From Ignavibacteriales bacterium (GTDB taxonomy: Bacteria > Bacteroidota > Ignavibacteria > T3Sed10-11): a stretch of DNA of 64,000 nt. The stretch is from the NCBI GenBank assembly GCA_003568415.1, contig PWXV01000155.1, forward strand, positions 17,114 through 81,113. The letters run 5' to 3'. The notes beneath the pieces were generated by a model, which was not told where the DNA came from, ran no database searches, and was given only the letters and a program-made list of their open reading frames with translations. The translations under genes were made by a program, and so were the position numbers. Below, piece by piece: positions 43,401 through 51,135 of the stretch (position 1 is its first letter; each line of letters begins with the position of its first letter).

Positions 43401-44315
43401 TGTATCCCAGTCGGCATTAATATTAAGTTTATCACCGACAAGGCCGTCTACATTTATCTGCACGTCCTGTTTGAAATCCGGTTCATTACGCGTATTGTCA
43501 AGCCGTGATAAAGAGGTCTGATCGGATGATTGCCGACGGAAACCTGCACGAATATCAACGGCTCCTGAAATATTCAACCGGATACCGGGTTCACCGAATA
43601 TATTGAGTAGCGGATTTGGAGGAACGGGTATATCAATCGTAGTTATATCGCTGATAAAATCGCCGAGATCAGCTTGCCTACCTTCACCATATTCAAGTTC
43701 GTAGGCATAGGCAAGACGTTCCCATCCTTCCCTTCGAATGGAACGGGATCTATTGTGAATATAGTCATCCAGTGACATTGTGACCGGAATTTTAACATCT
43801 TTCCCGTCAACCGTTTCTCTAATAGTGACATGACGACCGAGTGAGTCAAGTTCTACCGTTCTGTTATAAACCTGATTTCTGTTTTCAAGAAATAGCGGAT
43901 GGCGTCGTTTATTGTTGTGAGAGAGAGACGCATACGGTGTATCTTTTCTGCGGTATCGAAAATATTTCTTACGTGCGGTTGAATCGGTCGGTACAAGCAA
44001 ACGCTCCTGAATTTCTTCCCGGGTCAATGTGGTATCGGTAACGCCATCGATGATATCCCGTTCACGATCTCTACGCATCGCTTCCCTTCTACCGCGCACG
44101 CGTGCAGGTCTTCGGTCAATATCTTCATAGATGACCCCTGTCGTATCCTGAGCAACGGTATCACTTTCGGAAACCTTTGCAAACGGTAACGTGTTGGCTT
44201 TTATAGTGATGTGGCCGGAGAGAAGGTATAAAATAGCAACCGCTAGGGTAATGAAACCCACCGGACCCACTTTTCGCAAAAGCGGCAGAGAAATTGATCC
44301 CTTGGTTTTATCCAC
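37455..44315 (-). CDS. sprA: Type IX secretion system outer-membrane translocon SprA/Sov
   Basis: 2286-aa secreted protein with compositional and motif resemblance to SprA. The size is characteristic, beta-strand-rich repeats run throughout, and other T9SS genes lie in the same window. Confidence 0.75.
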   Translation of the reverse strand: MDKTKGSISLPLLRKVGPVGFITLAVAILYLLSGHITIKANTLPFAKVSESDTVAQDTTGVIYEDIDRRPARVRGRREAMRRDRERDIIDGVTDTTLTREEIQERLLVPTDSTARKKYFRYRRKDTPYASLSHNNKRRHPLFLENRNQVYNRTVELDSLGRHVTIRETVDGKDVKIPVTMSLDDYIHNRSRSIRREGWERLAYAYELEYGEGRQADLGDFISDITTIDIPVPPNPLLNIFGEPGIRLNISGAVDIRAGFRRQSSDQTSLSRLDNTRNEPDFKQDVQINVDGLVGDKLNINADWDTQRSFEYENQLSIRYDGYDDEIIQTIEAGNVSLRTPTQFIGSSQALFGIKSNLQFGPMRLTAVASQQKGRSEELTLSGGAEEQTFEIRPYDYSRNHYFIDEDYIDGYEAAMALEPQYNPQLEITDLEVWVTRSGVITDVNERPVTAHIDLPPRPAAGYDPAQWRDLESGISGEVEIGQFVMLREGEDYNISTRTGRLTMRKQLSDDQAIAVAYRRADGGEYGDFVVNVDDDSSRIVLKLVRPRNLQPQYTDAWKLQLRNIYPIGGRNLQKEGFELRVEYDIPGQEPTDELDGQPLLQVFGLDQTDEAGAPTPDNRFDWRPGVTIDAARGELIFPSLRPFDDKLAEAGLDEYTYPEVYDTTVSAARARNEKDRFRVRGRFSSSVASSYNLGFNVVEGSVQVFLGTQRLEEGTDYTVDYMLGQITLRSDAAMQPGADLRITYEQNELFQIASKTLLGLRGELPIGRYTDINFTMMSMREETLADKVRVGEEPVNNAIFGIDGRTRVPVNFVTDAMNKLPFFNSMAESNLQISGEAAYIRPNRNTKASTVAMDDGKGVAYIDDFEGSRRSVPIGVNYGTWKYASPPVRTRELGEVPADSLVQHKARTFWYNTFPSDEVTLVTDIWPERQVQRGEDRVTVMHVEYRPRERGEYNYSWDLMETIYNNPYNSWGGLMRALTGSTKNLVDENLNFIEFWARIEGDTRDGKMYINMGQISERIIYEDRLRGNRVNGIHQEDGSRGRNPTGTLHDEEDVGLDGIPTEEEREVFADWLEHYQGTPFYDTLNDDPSGDNYRPPQQGDYSRVTGVEGNAQTEAGFLPDTEDLNRNGIVDLTNSYFQYEISLDTTNAFQDNPYIVGGGHNGWYQFRIPIRQYDDEIGNPSLNNVEFFRVWFSGFEDNIHMRIADFAFTGNQWEEEMRDDTTMVISVLNKQENPEYYSPPGVRPPRERLPDGDIIEGNEQSLVLTINDLNPDDSRQAFRYFPGRSLDMFNYRSLRMFVHGDPTWQVNGDGTDRDAEIFIRFGADTSNYYEYRQPLWPGWHEQNNVQIDFAQLTTTKAVRDTATNQSAPIPVEDGPPGATYRVVQNPSLTNIRYMSIGIANPGDENGGGRTLRGQVWVNEMRLIDVDNTPGWAYRVSSSINLADFGTVRFNMSQTDPNFHRLDRQFGSRQTNRNWEMGASFSLQKFLPDDWQRGTELPINYTRTESIVNPQYIPGTDILISSAMERQLAQLEEAGVDPEQAQQMVEEIRLESQTVRVTDSYTAPNIRVQIPTDRWYLQETINNLRFSFNYNKTRDRSPTIEHRESWSWQARSTYQLTFSRNNYWQPFESLFDGVPLLDHYKDVRIFYSPANFNTGLNFQRNRSNERLRRQDRVRPTQRNFTGNRNMAFNWRFFENGFINPSFDYRLNIASSLTHFELDEQGRQRPFSDIMGDIVGGPGIFDFGLDNNYTQEVRLDTRPRLPSLWGINRYFEFNTGYSSSYRWTRNLSQETLGRSSGVNARFDASMTINLKDLGNRIFGVEDQRARGRQQQDQRGRGRTAQQPQEEDAEEEVKDEDEESVTGFAAIKQALEYLIKVPFLDYDRISISFNQNQNIQNSGLVGGTGLGNFWGKMPFSGDPELQHGPSRRYQLGFASRPAELRAPNGSLMDSFSETNRVTVRTQRQLWQGARIEFNWNYSWNFNRNHSLVTDSLGVPEITSVNKAGDVDRSFFTLPAFPGLSMLGGNLDEVMSIFQASINDPTDDRSEGEKLSDAFEKGMESFSLLRSIFGDALPRVNWNFRWEGLERLGIFENWARRVSLDHAYSSGYTQRWRDRADGSGRQTEMQRITMGFNPLVGLNVTFKEFMKGNLTANARYNTSTNYDLNYSSRIIVKSLTQEVSFTASYGRRGFAMPLFGLSLSNDIDISMTYSLSRNERVRFNTEVLRGDGEGQVDDGATRTSFEPRVRYVLSQRVTASIFYRYSKVSPNQEGSRTPGMTTNEAGLDINIAIR

Positions 44316-44540
44316 AGCGACTTTTGTGTTCGTAATGTTATATTCTTATAGAACAAATCCGATATGCGGATTTTTCTTTGTTACTTATACAATACCAATA
44401 TACCCGGAATCACCCTTCTATAACATTGCGAAAAATAGGTCGTTAAGTACAATAAATTATGGAAATCGGTACTTAATTGCAAGACTTTCAGCAAGAATTT
44501 TAATTGTGAGAAATTGGAATTATTGGTATATTATTGAGAT

Positions 44541-45944
44541 ATGACAATTGACCGTTACATATTGAAAGCGCACATTGCACCATTTTTTATGTCACTTTTT
44601 GTGCTGATCGGGATTTTTATTCTGCAGTTTATGATGCGGTTTATAGACCATCTCGTGGGCAAAGGGCTGGGGGTTAGTGTTATTCTTGAAGTAATCGTAA
44701 CAAACCTCGCGTGGATGCTTGTGCTTGCAATTCCAATGTCGGTATTAATTGCCACCCTTATGGCATACGGCAATATGTCTGCAAACAACGAAATTACCGT
44801 CATGAAATCCAGCGGAATTTCGGTTTACCGGATGATGTCAGCTCCACTGATTATTTCTGTTCTTCTTGCATTCGGGCTAATGGAATTTAACAACCGTATC
44901 CTCCCGGATGCAAATCACCGGGCAAAAACTCTCGGCATCGATATACGCCGGGCTCGGCCCACCCTTTCCCTTGAACCGGGAATATTTTCACAGGAAATTA
45001 AAGGCTATACACTCATTGCCCGCAAAAACTATGAGGAGACTAATGAGCTCGAAGGGCTTACCATTTACGATCACAGTGAACCGAATAAAAATGTCATTAT
45101 AGCTGCAGAGCGCGGTTTTATAGCGTACAGTTCGGATTTTTCATCACTTATTCTTGATCTTTATGATGGCGAAATACACGAAACTTCTACACAAAGTACG
45201 AACAACGAATATCGTCGTGTGAAGTTTAATCGACACCGGGTACTAATCCCTTATGATGGATATGATTTTGAACGCACCGCAGACAATGTATTTCAACGCG
45301 GTGACCGTGAGTTAAGTGCACAGGCTATGCTTGAACGGGTCGACAGTCTTCGATCTCAAAATAATCGCATACTATCCGGTATTAATTCACGCATTGACAG
45401 ATATCACACGTCATTAAGAACCGGTGATTTAGAACATCTTCCGCCGACCATACCCGCATATGAGGAGGATCCCTATAGAGCAAAAGTGCAGCTCGCACTA
45501 TCACGCGCACGCTCACTATCATCTTCGATAGACTCTGATATAAAGCGGCTCCAAAGTAATAGCCGGAGGATCGATCAGTATATGGTCGAAGTTCATAAAA
45601 AATATGCAATCCCGATTGCCTGCATAATATTTATCCTCATAGGTGCGCCGCTGGGCATTATGACACGAAAAGGCGGCTTCGGTGTTGCAACAGGTATCAG
45701 TCTGGGATTCTTTCTGCTCTACTGGTCATGTCTCATCGGTGGTGAAAAACTTGCTGATCGAGGTTTTATCAGTCCCTTCATAGGTATGTGGGGGGCAAAT
45801 ATGATACTGCTGCCTGCCGGTATATATCTTACCATCAGAACGCAAAAAGAGCGACTGTTAATCAACTGGAGCAAGCTGCAAAAAATTGTTCCCAAATCGT
45901 GGCGTGTAGATACACCAGAAGGTCAGGAACACGGTGATCAGTGA
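44541..45944 (+). CDS. lptF: LPS export ABC transporter permease (YjgP/YjgQ family) with enlarged periplasmic domain
   Basis: Six-TM YjgP/YjgQ topology. ~100-aa longer periplasmic beta-jellyroll region than typical. 4-nt overlap with the downstream paralog. Confidence 0.65.
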   Translation: MTIDRYILKAHIAPFFMSLFVLIGIFILQFMMRFIDHLVGKGLGVSVILEVIVTNLAWMLVLAIPMSVLIATLMAYGNMSANNEITVMKSSGISVYRMMSAPLIISVLLAFGLMEFNNRILPDANHRAKTLGIDIRRARPTLSLEPGIFSQEIKGYTLIARKNYEETNELEGLTIYDHSEPNKNVIIAAERGFIAYSSDFSSLILDLYDGEIHETSTQSTNNEYRRVKFNRHRVLIPYDGYDFERTADNVFQRGDRELSAQAMLERVDSLRSQNNRILSGINSRIDRYHTSLRTGDLEHLPPTIPAYEEDPYRAKVQLALSRARSLSSSIDSDIKRLQSNSRRIDQYMVEVHKKYAIPIACIIFILIGAPLGIMTRKGGFGVATGISLGFFLLYWSCLIGGEKLADRGFISPFIGMWGANMILLPAGIYLTIRTQKERLLINWSKLQKIVPKSWRVDTPEGQEHGDQ

Positions 45945-47032
45945 TGAAGTTGATTGATAGATATATAATAAAACAGTTCATTTCGCACTTCGTCTTTGCA
46001 CTTGTAGCAATTATCATGGTCTTCATCATCATAGATTTGATGGAGAATGTGGATGACTTTATCGATGCGGGGGCACCGGTAAATGTAGTTATCGTATATT
46101 ATATATATTTTATTCCCGAGATGATCAAGGCTATGATACCGGTCGCGATGTTACTTTCAAGCTTATTTACCACCGGAAAGCTGTCAAATCAAAATGAACT
46201 TGTATCTATGAAAGCGGGCGGTGTTAGTTTATATAGATTTATGCTTCCTTTTCTCGCTATCGGCATTATTGTAACCGGCTTTACCATTTACTTCAATGGA
46301 TGGATTGTACCGCTTGCCAACAGCGAAAAATATCAGATAGAGCGTGAGCATCTTGCTAAAGGCAGTAGAACTGAAACCGACCGGTACAATATTTTTATTC
46401 AGGACAGTCCCGTGAGGTTTTTATCGCTTGGCTATTATGATGAATCGGCGCTTGCAGTATCGCGGGTCAGTATTCAGGAATTCTCTGATACTAATTTAGC
46501 TGTTATGGCACGACGCTATGATGCTGCCCGTATGGAGTGGGATGTCGATACAAGAATATGGACATTACATCGCGGTACACTGCGGGAATTTTCGGAACAA
46601 ACCGAAGAGATGAAACCATTCGACCGTATGCCGATGGAAAACTTATTTTTCTCGCCCGATGATATCGCCAAGAAACAACTTCAGCCCGATGAAATGAATT
46701 ATTTCGAGCTACGCGATTTTATTCAAGCACAGCGGCGTGCAGGGCAACAGACCGCACGCTGGGAAGTTGATTACTACCTAACGATTGCATTTCCATTTGC
46801 AAGCATAATTGTAATACTTTTCGGTGTTCCATTCTCTGCTCAAAAACGCCGTGGTGGTATGGCATTGCAATTCGCCGTCGGTGTCCTCATCACTTTTCTG
46901 TATATGGCATTTATGGAAATTACCGGAACATTCGGTCAAAGTGGCCAGTATAATACTTTGTTGATGGCATGGCTTCCGAATCTAATGTTTCTCGGGGCGG
47001 GACTGATTAATCTTTTGCGAGTGAGTAAATAG
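45941..47032 (+). CDS. lptG: LPS export ABC transporter permease (YjgP/YjgQ family)
   Basis: 363 aa with YjgP/YjgQ topology. Paired with the upstream paralog as in lptFG. Confidence 0.65.
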   Translation: MMKLIDRYIIKQFISHFVFALVAIIMVFIIIDLMENVDDFIDAGAPVNVVIVYYIYFIPEMIKAMIPVAMLLSSLFTTGKLSNQNELVSMKAGGVSLYRFMLPFLAIGIIVTGFTIYFNGWIVPLANSEKYQIEREHLAKGSRTETDRYNIFIQDSPVRFLSLGYYDESALAVSRVSIQEFSDTNLAVMARRYDAARMEWDVDTRIWTLHRGTLREFSEQTEEMKPFDRMPMENLFFSPDDIAKKQLQPDEMNYFELRDFIQAQRRAGQQTARWEVDYYLTIAFPFASIIVILFGVPFSAQKRRGGMALQFAVGVLITFLYMAFMEITGTFGQSGQYNTLLMAWLPNLMFLGAGLINLLRVSK

Positions 47033-47073
47033 TATTCAGATATTAGTTATCAACTTAGCAACCGGCAACTCTT

Positions 47074-47982
47074 TTAGAACCCTACTTGCAACTTTAAAAC
47101 CGGTACCAACCGATCACCGTAAATATCATCCCGGTTTTCTATATCGATGGCAAGATGTGTCTGATTAAAACTATGAGCAAGAAAAGCTGCGTGAAATGCA
47201 CTTATAAAGTGATTTAAAAAAACTGCAATTGCCGCTGTATGCGCTCGAGCATAAAGTGTGTTAGCGTAGCCGCGTTCACCCGAATAAAACCTGAACATAT
47301 CCGATACTTCGGTAAAATATAAACCCGGATTAGCTACACCGGTACCTGTTTCCAGATCGACATCTTCATGCGGCTCTGAATCTTTCCAGCCCCGATTGTA
47401 CTGGGGGTATTTCCCGATCAACTCGTAATACTGTTGTGTACCATAGGGCTCAAGGGTATGCGAGAATTGTGGAATCGAACGTTCGAACTCATTTATTTCT
47501 CCCCAATCTACCCGTTCCCATGGCGGAAGACTTTCATCTGTCAGATAACTAATGTCCCCTCCCCAATATTCGTTCAGCCAGATCACATAATCTACAACAC
47601 TCCAATGGGTATCGGCATAATTCTCAAAGAAAGCAGTTTGTTTGTCTCCTCTGTGATCATAATGGAGGTAAAAATACCAGGCAGTAACTTCCAGACCAAA
47701 ATGTGCCAGACCGCGCCACCATCTGCCTGCATAAACCTCTCCGGCACCGGGCACTGCCGCCGACATAAATGCGGCAAGGAGTGGTGATTTTCTGCTCACC
47801 GTATTGCTGTAATTATTATCGGTCTTAGCATATATGTTCTCCAGAAAAGAACCAGCATGATACTCTATAACATCCCGATCAAAAATCTTATGATTGATCG
47901 GTTCAATCATATCAATCGGATCGGATGCAAGTAATACCGACGGTAGTAACAATAAAACTGTTATATATTTTATCTTCTCCAT
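47074..47982 (-). CDS. Secreted hypothetical protein (possible DUF5683-like AVPGAGExY motif)
   Basis: Signal peptide, hydrophobic segment SAAVPGAGEVYAGRWW, Trp/Tyr-rich. No confident family assignment. Confidence 0.35.
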   Translation of the reverse strand: MEKIKYITVLLLLPSVLLASDPIDMIEPINHKIFDRDVIEYHAGSFLENIYAKTDNNYSNTVSRKSPLLAAFMSAAVPGAGEVYAGRWWRGLAHFGLEVTAWYFYLHYDHRGDKQTAFFENYADTHWSVVDYVIWLNEYWGGDISYLTDESLPPWERVDWGEINEFERSIPQFSHTLEPYGTQQYYELIGKYPQYNRGWKDSEPHEDVDLETGTGVANPGLYFTEVSDMFRFYSGERGYANTLYARAHTAAIAVFLNHFISAFHAAFLAHSFNQTHLAIDIENRDDIYGDRLVPVLKLQVGF

Positions 47983-50900
47983 AACGATCCAGTCCCTAAA
48001 TCAAACCCGAATAAAATTCCGAAATAAAAATTCCACTGTTTACCATATGTCACCGGTTCATTGCGAAAGACGCGGGTGAACTCATCGAAGCCGTATGCCG
48101 CACTGAAAAATATCCGTGTTGGATATGAATAAAATGAGAATGATTCCAGCCTGAGTTCAAATCCTACATTGCGTTTCAGTTCGTCTATACCGGGAAATGA
48201 ACCTGTCCACGCATCACCGATATCGGCGAATACCGATCCGTACAAGCGTTCGAACTGCATTTGTGCAATCCTGAAATCAATTCCTTCCAGAATCGGAAAC
48301 CGGTATGTCAGATTGAGCGATGCGTACTCATTGCCACCCAGCGAATAAAACGGGTATCCCTGCATACCCATCAGTCCGCCAATGTAGAAATTAAAAAAGT
48401 CGTCGACCTCTTTACCAAGAATTGATCCACCCCGGAGCCGGGCGCTTAAAGTCTGATGTCTTGACAGGGGATAATGTTCCCGCCACTCGCCTTCTACACG
48501 ATGAAAGCGTGGCCGGTCGTAATCGGTATACAAAATATTCTCATCCTCATCGTATACCAATTCCGGATTATACTTATTAAACTCATAACCATATCGCAAC
48601 TGAATAAACCTGCCGACCGGGTTAATTTCGGTTTGTATTGTCGGAAGTATTCCCCGGTGGGTCAATTGTGCCTGTAATGTATTGCCGACCAGGTATAATT
48701 CTCCAAAAGATCCAACAAGATTATTGGTTTCGGGGATAAAGAAACTACCCACATCATATCCGTATCTGCTATGACGGTACAAAATCGTAAGTTCGTTCCT
48801 CGGATTAAAAATATGGTCTTTCAGAAGAACATTAAATTCCATCAGATTGTAAGTAACATCAACATCGATATTTAAATCCTCACGAAGTTCAATAACTGCA
48901 TCGGTTTTCCGTGTTATATTATAAATTTCAAACGATATATCCGGATACCAGCCGACCAATGAGAAGGGAGGTAATCCGGTGTTCCATTCAAAAATGGCAA
49001 AAAGATCGCGCTCCAGCCGCCGGTTGATAGTTGCTCCCGCAAAGAGTGCATGGTGCTCCAGAATATCACGGGTCATCATATACAGGCCGGGTTTTATCAT
49101 ATCGGTGAAACCGCGTTCGGGAATATAGTTATCGAACCGGATCAACGGCACAAGCATCGTGTTGGTAAATACCGAAGAGTAGTTATCCGAATCATACTCG
49201 GGAACATCCCTGTCGTTATAATTCCGCAGCCGGTTCCAATCGATACCGCTTGCATCTGTTCCCGGATTATAGGCAGCGTGAATACTCTCATCAAACCAGC
49301 CAGGCTCTCCGGCGATATAATGTTTACTTTCATCGACAGGTGCTAAGTCGCTATACTGTGCTATCTTATAACCACTTGACTGATACGATGCATAAACTAA
49401 CACATTCTCATTTACCGACGGCATAAATGCACCACCCAGTACATTTGTAATTCTTTCCGAATTTTCATTTATGCGGTTGTAACGATAGATATTAAAGATT
49501 CCGGTCTTATCGGATGCGAAATAGATGTGTACGCCATCGGGGGAATATGAAGGATCGCGCGCATCATAAGTATCACTGCCATCGATAATTGAAAAATCTT
49601 CCGAATGTAATGAATATTCAACAATATGCCGGTTAAATCCGCTTGATGTCGCAAATACAATTTCATCACCGGTTGGCGACCACTGAGGTCTATAGACCTG
49701 CTCCCCGTGTTTATTATCAGTAATATACGTGATCCGCTTTTCCTCTATATTGTAGAGAACAAGATTCTGCGTGCCATCTGCCACAGTGACGGCGGCAAGC
49801 GTGCTCCCATCGGGAGATATATCCGGGTCGTGGAGTCGTAACCCTCTGGTTAATCGTTCCGTATCTCCGGACTCAACATCGACGACAAAGAGATCGCTAA
49901 ACCCCTGCCAGTTCGGATTTTGACGTGTGATGCGTGAGAAGTATATCTTATCTCCATCCGGTGACCAGGAAATTCGCGAACGGACATTACGCTCAACGAG
50001 TTTCGTATCACCGGTCTGCCTGTCCCCGATATAAAGTGCAGACTGCCCGAAATAATCTCTTCCCTTGTTAGATACGTACGCAACATACTTACCGTCCGGT
50101 GAATATACCGGATGAAAGTTACCGAAACCTTTTTCGACTATCAATTCCCCTTTTTCCAAATTAGCTTTAATTGTTTCGGTCCGCTTGTGGTAATCATTAA
50201 TAACTGCCGATCTCCAATCATTATATACTTCCCGTCCCGATTTACCAAGCGCGCGGCGCATCGCCTGATCAATATTCACAATAGTCAACGAGGCAAGCTC
50301 TTCAGATATCGTTCGCAAAGCATCTTTACCGTATTCACTTGCTATATACCGCACAAGCGAAAAGCCCGCATTGTATGCAGATTCATTACCGAGACTTGTT
50401 TTACCGAATACCGACATCTCATTCCACGTCAGCATATTATCATCGAGCGCATACATTCGCAAGATCATATCACGATGGGTATCCCAGGTATCATATTCTA
50501 AGCCGGGGTGCATAAACTGCGCTGTACCTTCTGCAAACCAACTCGGCACAATAAATCCCGATATGGGGTATGATACGAGAATATTCGGGAAACCATACAA
50601 CACATCTGGTCTGCGCTCATCCTCATACCCCATCCACTGAATATAAAATGCCGGCACTCTTTTTCCGAATTTCATCGATGCCTGAATTTGAACTATGTGA
50701 GTAAATTCATGCGCGATAACATTCCGGAGCCAGTTACTTGTACCCCGCATGTCAAAATCAAGTGCGCTTGCCCATATCTCGATTTTGTTATCATAGAAAA
50801 ATGCCGCACCGTTCGCAAAATCGCCATGGTCGCGGACGACAAGATGTGTCTTTGCATCAGGTTCATATTTATAAAGCGATGTGATGGGTTTGTATACATC

Positions 50901-51134
50901 TTCGGCAATTTTTGCAGCTAATCTGCCGGTTCGTTCCGCACCGTCATGGTAGTGGATATAGAAATGTTCTGTCTCAATGGTGTACCAACCGTCTTTCGGA
51001 TCCTCGGGAAATCCCCATTGAGCAAGAAGTGAGTATGGCAGGATTCCAACTGTGAAAAGAATAATTCCTAACCACATAAAGCCGTGAAAAACTTTTACCC
51101 CTGCCCTCTCACGTTTATCTATCCTTACAGTCAT
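47970..51134 (-). CDS. Mosaic outer-membrane protein: HExxH zincin-like N-domain + PD40 (TolB-like) beta-propeller repeats + Omp85/D15-like C-terminal beta-barrel
   Basis: VIAHEFTHIVQ motif. At least five SPDG/SPTG PD40 repeats (VYSPDGKYVAYVS, SWSPDGDKIYFS, DISPDGSTLAAV, QWSPTGDEIVFA, SYSPDGVHIYFAS). C-terminus ends in alternating aromatic beta-strands (FFSAAYGFD ... FYFGILFGFD), as in surface-antigen barrels. Confidence 0.55.
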   Translation of the reverse strand: MTVRIDKRERAGVKVFHGFMWLGIILFTVGILPYSLLAQWGFPEDPKDGWYTIETEHFYIHYHDGAERTGRLAAKIAEDVYKPITSLYKYEPDAKTHLVVRDHGDFANGAAFFYDNKIEIWASALDFDMRGTSNWLRNVIAHEFTHIVQIQASMKFGKRVPAFYIQWMGYEDERRPDVLYGFPNILVSYPISGFIVPSWFAEGTAQFMHPGLEYDTWDTHRDMILRMYALDDNMLTWNEMSVFGKTSLGNESAYNAGFSLVRYIASEYGKDALRTISEELASLTIVNIDQAMRRALGKSGREVYNDWRSAVINDYHKRTETIKANLEKGELIVEKGFGNFHPVYSPDGKYVAYVSNKGRDYFGQSALYIGDRQTGDTKLVERNVRSRISWSPDGDKIYFSRITRQNPNWQGFSDLFVVDVESGDTERLTRGLRLHDPDISPDGSTLAAVTVADGTQNLVLYNIEEKRITYITDNKHGEQVYRPQWSPTGDEIVFATSSGFNRHIVEYSLHSEDFSIIDGSDTYDARDPSYSPDGVHIYFASDKTGIFNIYRYNRINENSERITNVLGGAFMPSVNENVLVYASYQSSGYKIAQYSDLAPVDESKHYIAGEPGWFDESIHAAYNPGTDASGIDWNRLRNYNDRDVPEYDSDNYSSVFTNTMLVPLIRFDNYIPERGFTDMIKPGLYMMTRDILEHHALFAGATINRRLERDLFAIFEWNTGLPPFSLVGWYPDISFEIYNITRKTDAVIELREDLNIDVDVTYNLMEFNVLLKDHIFNPRNELTILYRHSRYGYDVGSFFIPETNNLVGSFGELYLVGNTLQAQLTHRGILPTIQTEINPVGRFIQLRYGYEFNKYNPELVYDEDENILYTDYDRPRFHRVEGEWREHYPLSRHQTLSARLRGGSILGKEVDDFFNFYIGGLMGMQGYPFYSLGGNEYASLNLTYRFPILEGIDFRIAQMQFERLYGSVFADIGDAWTGSFPGIDELKRNVGFELRLESFSFYSYPTRIFFSAAYGFDEFTRVFRNEPVTYGKQWNFYFGILFGFDLGTGSLWRR

Positions 51135-51135
51135 T

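Noticed and set aside
44191-44544. 117-aa + strand ORF upstream of lptF
   Set aside because: Overlaps the sprA start and the divergent promoter region. Hydrophobic low-complexity sequence, no RBS.
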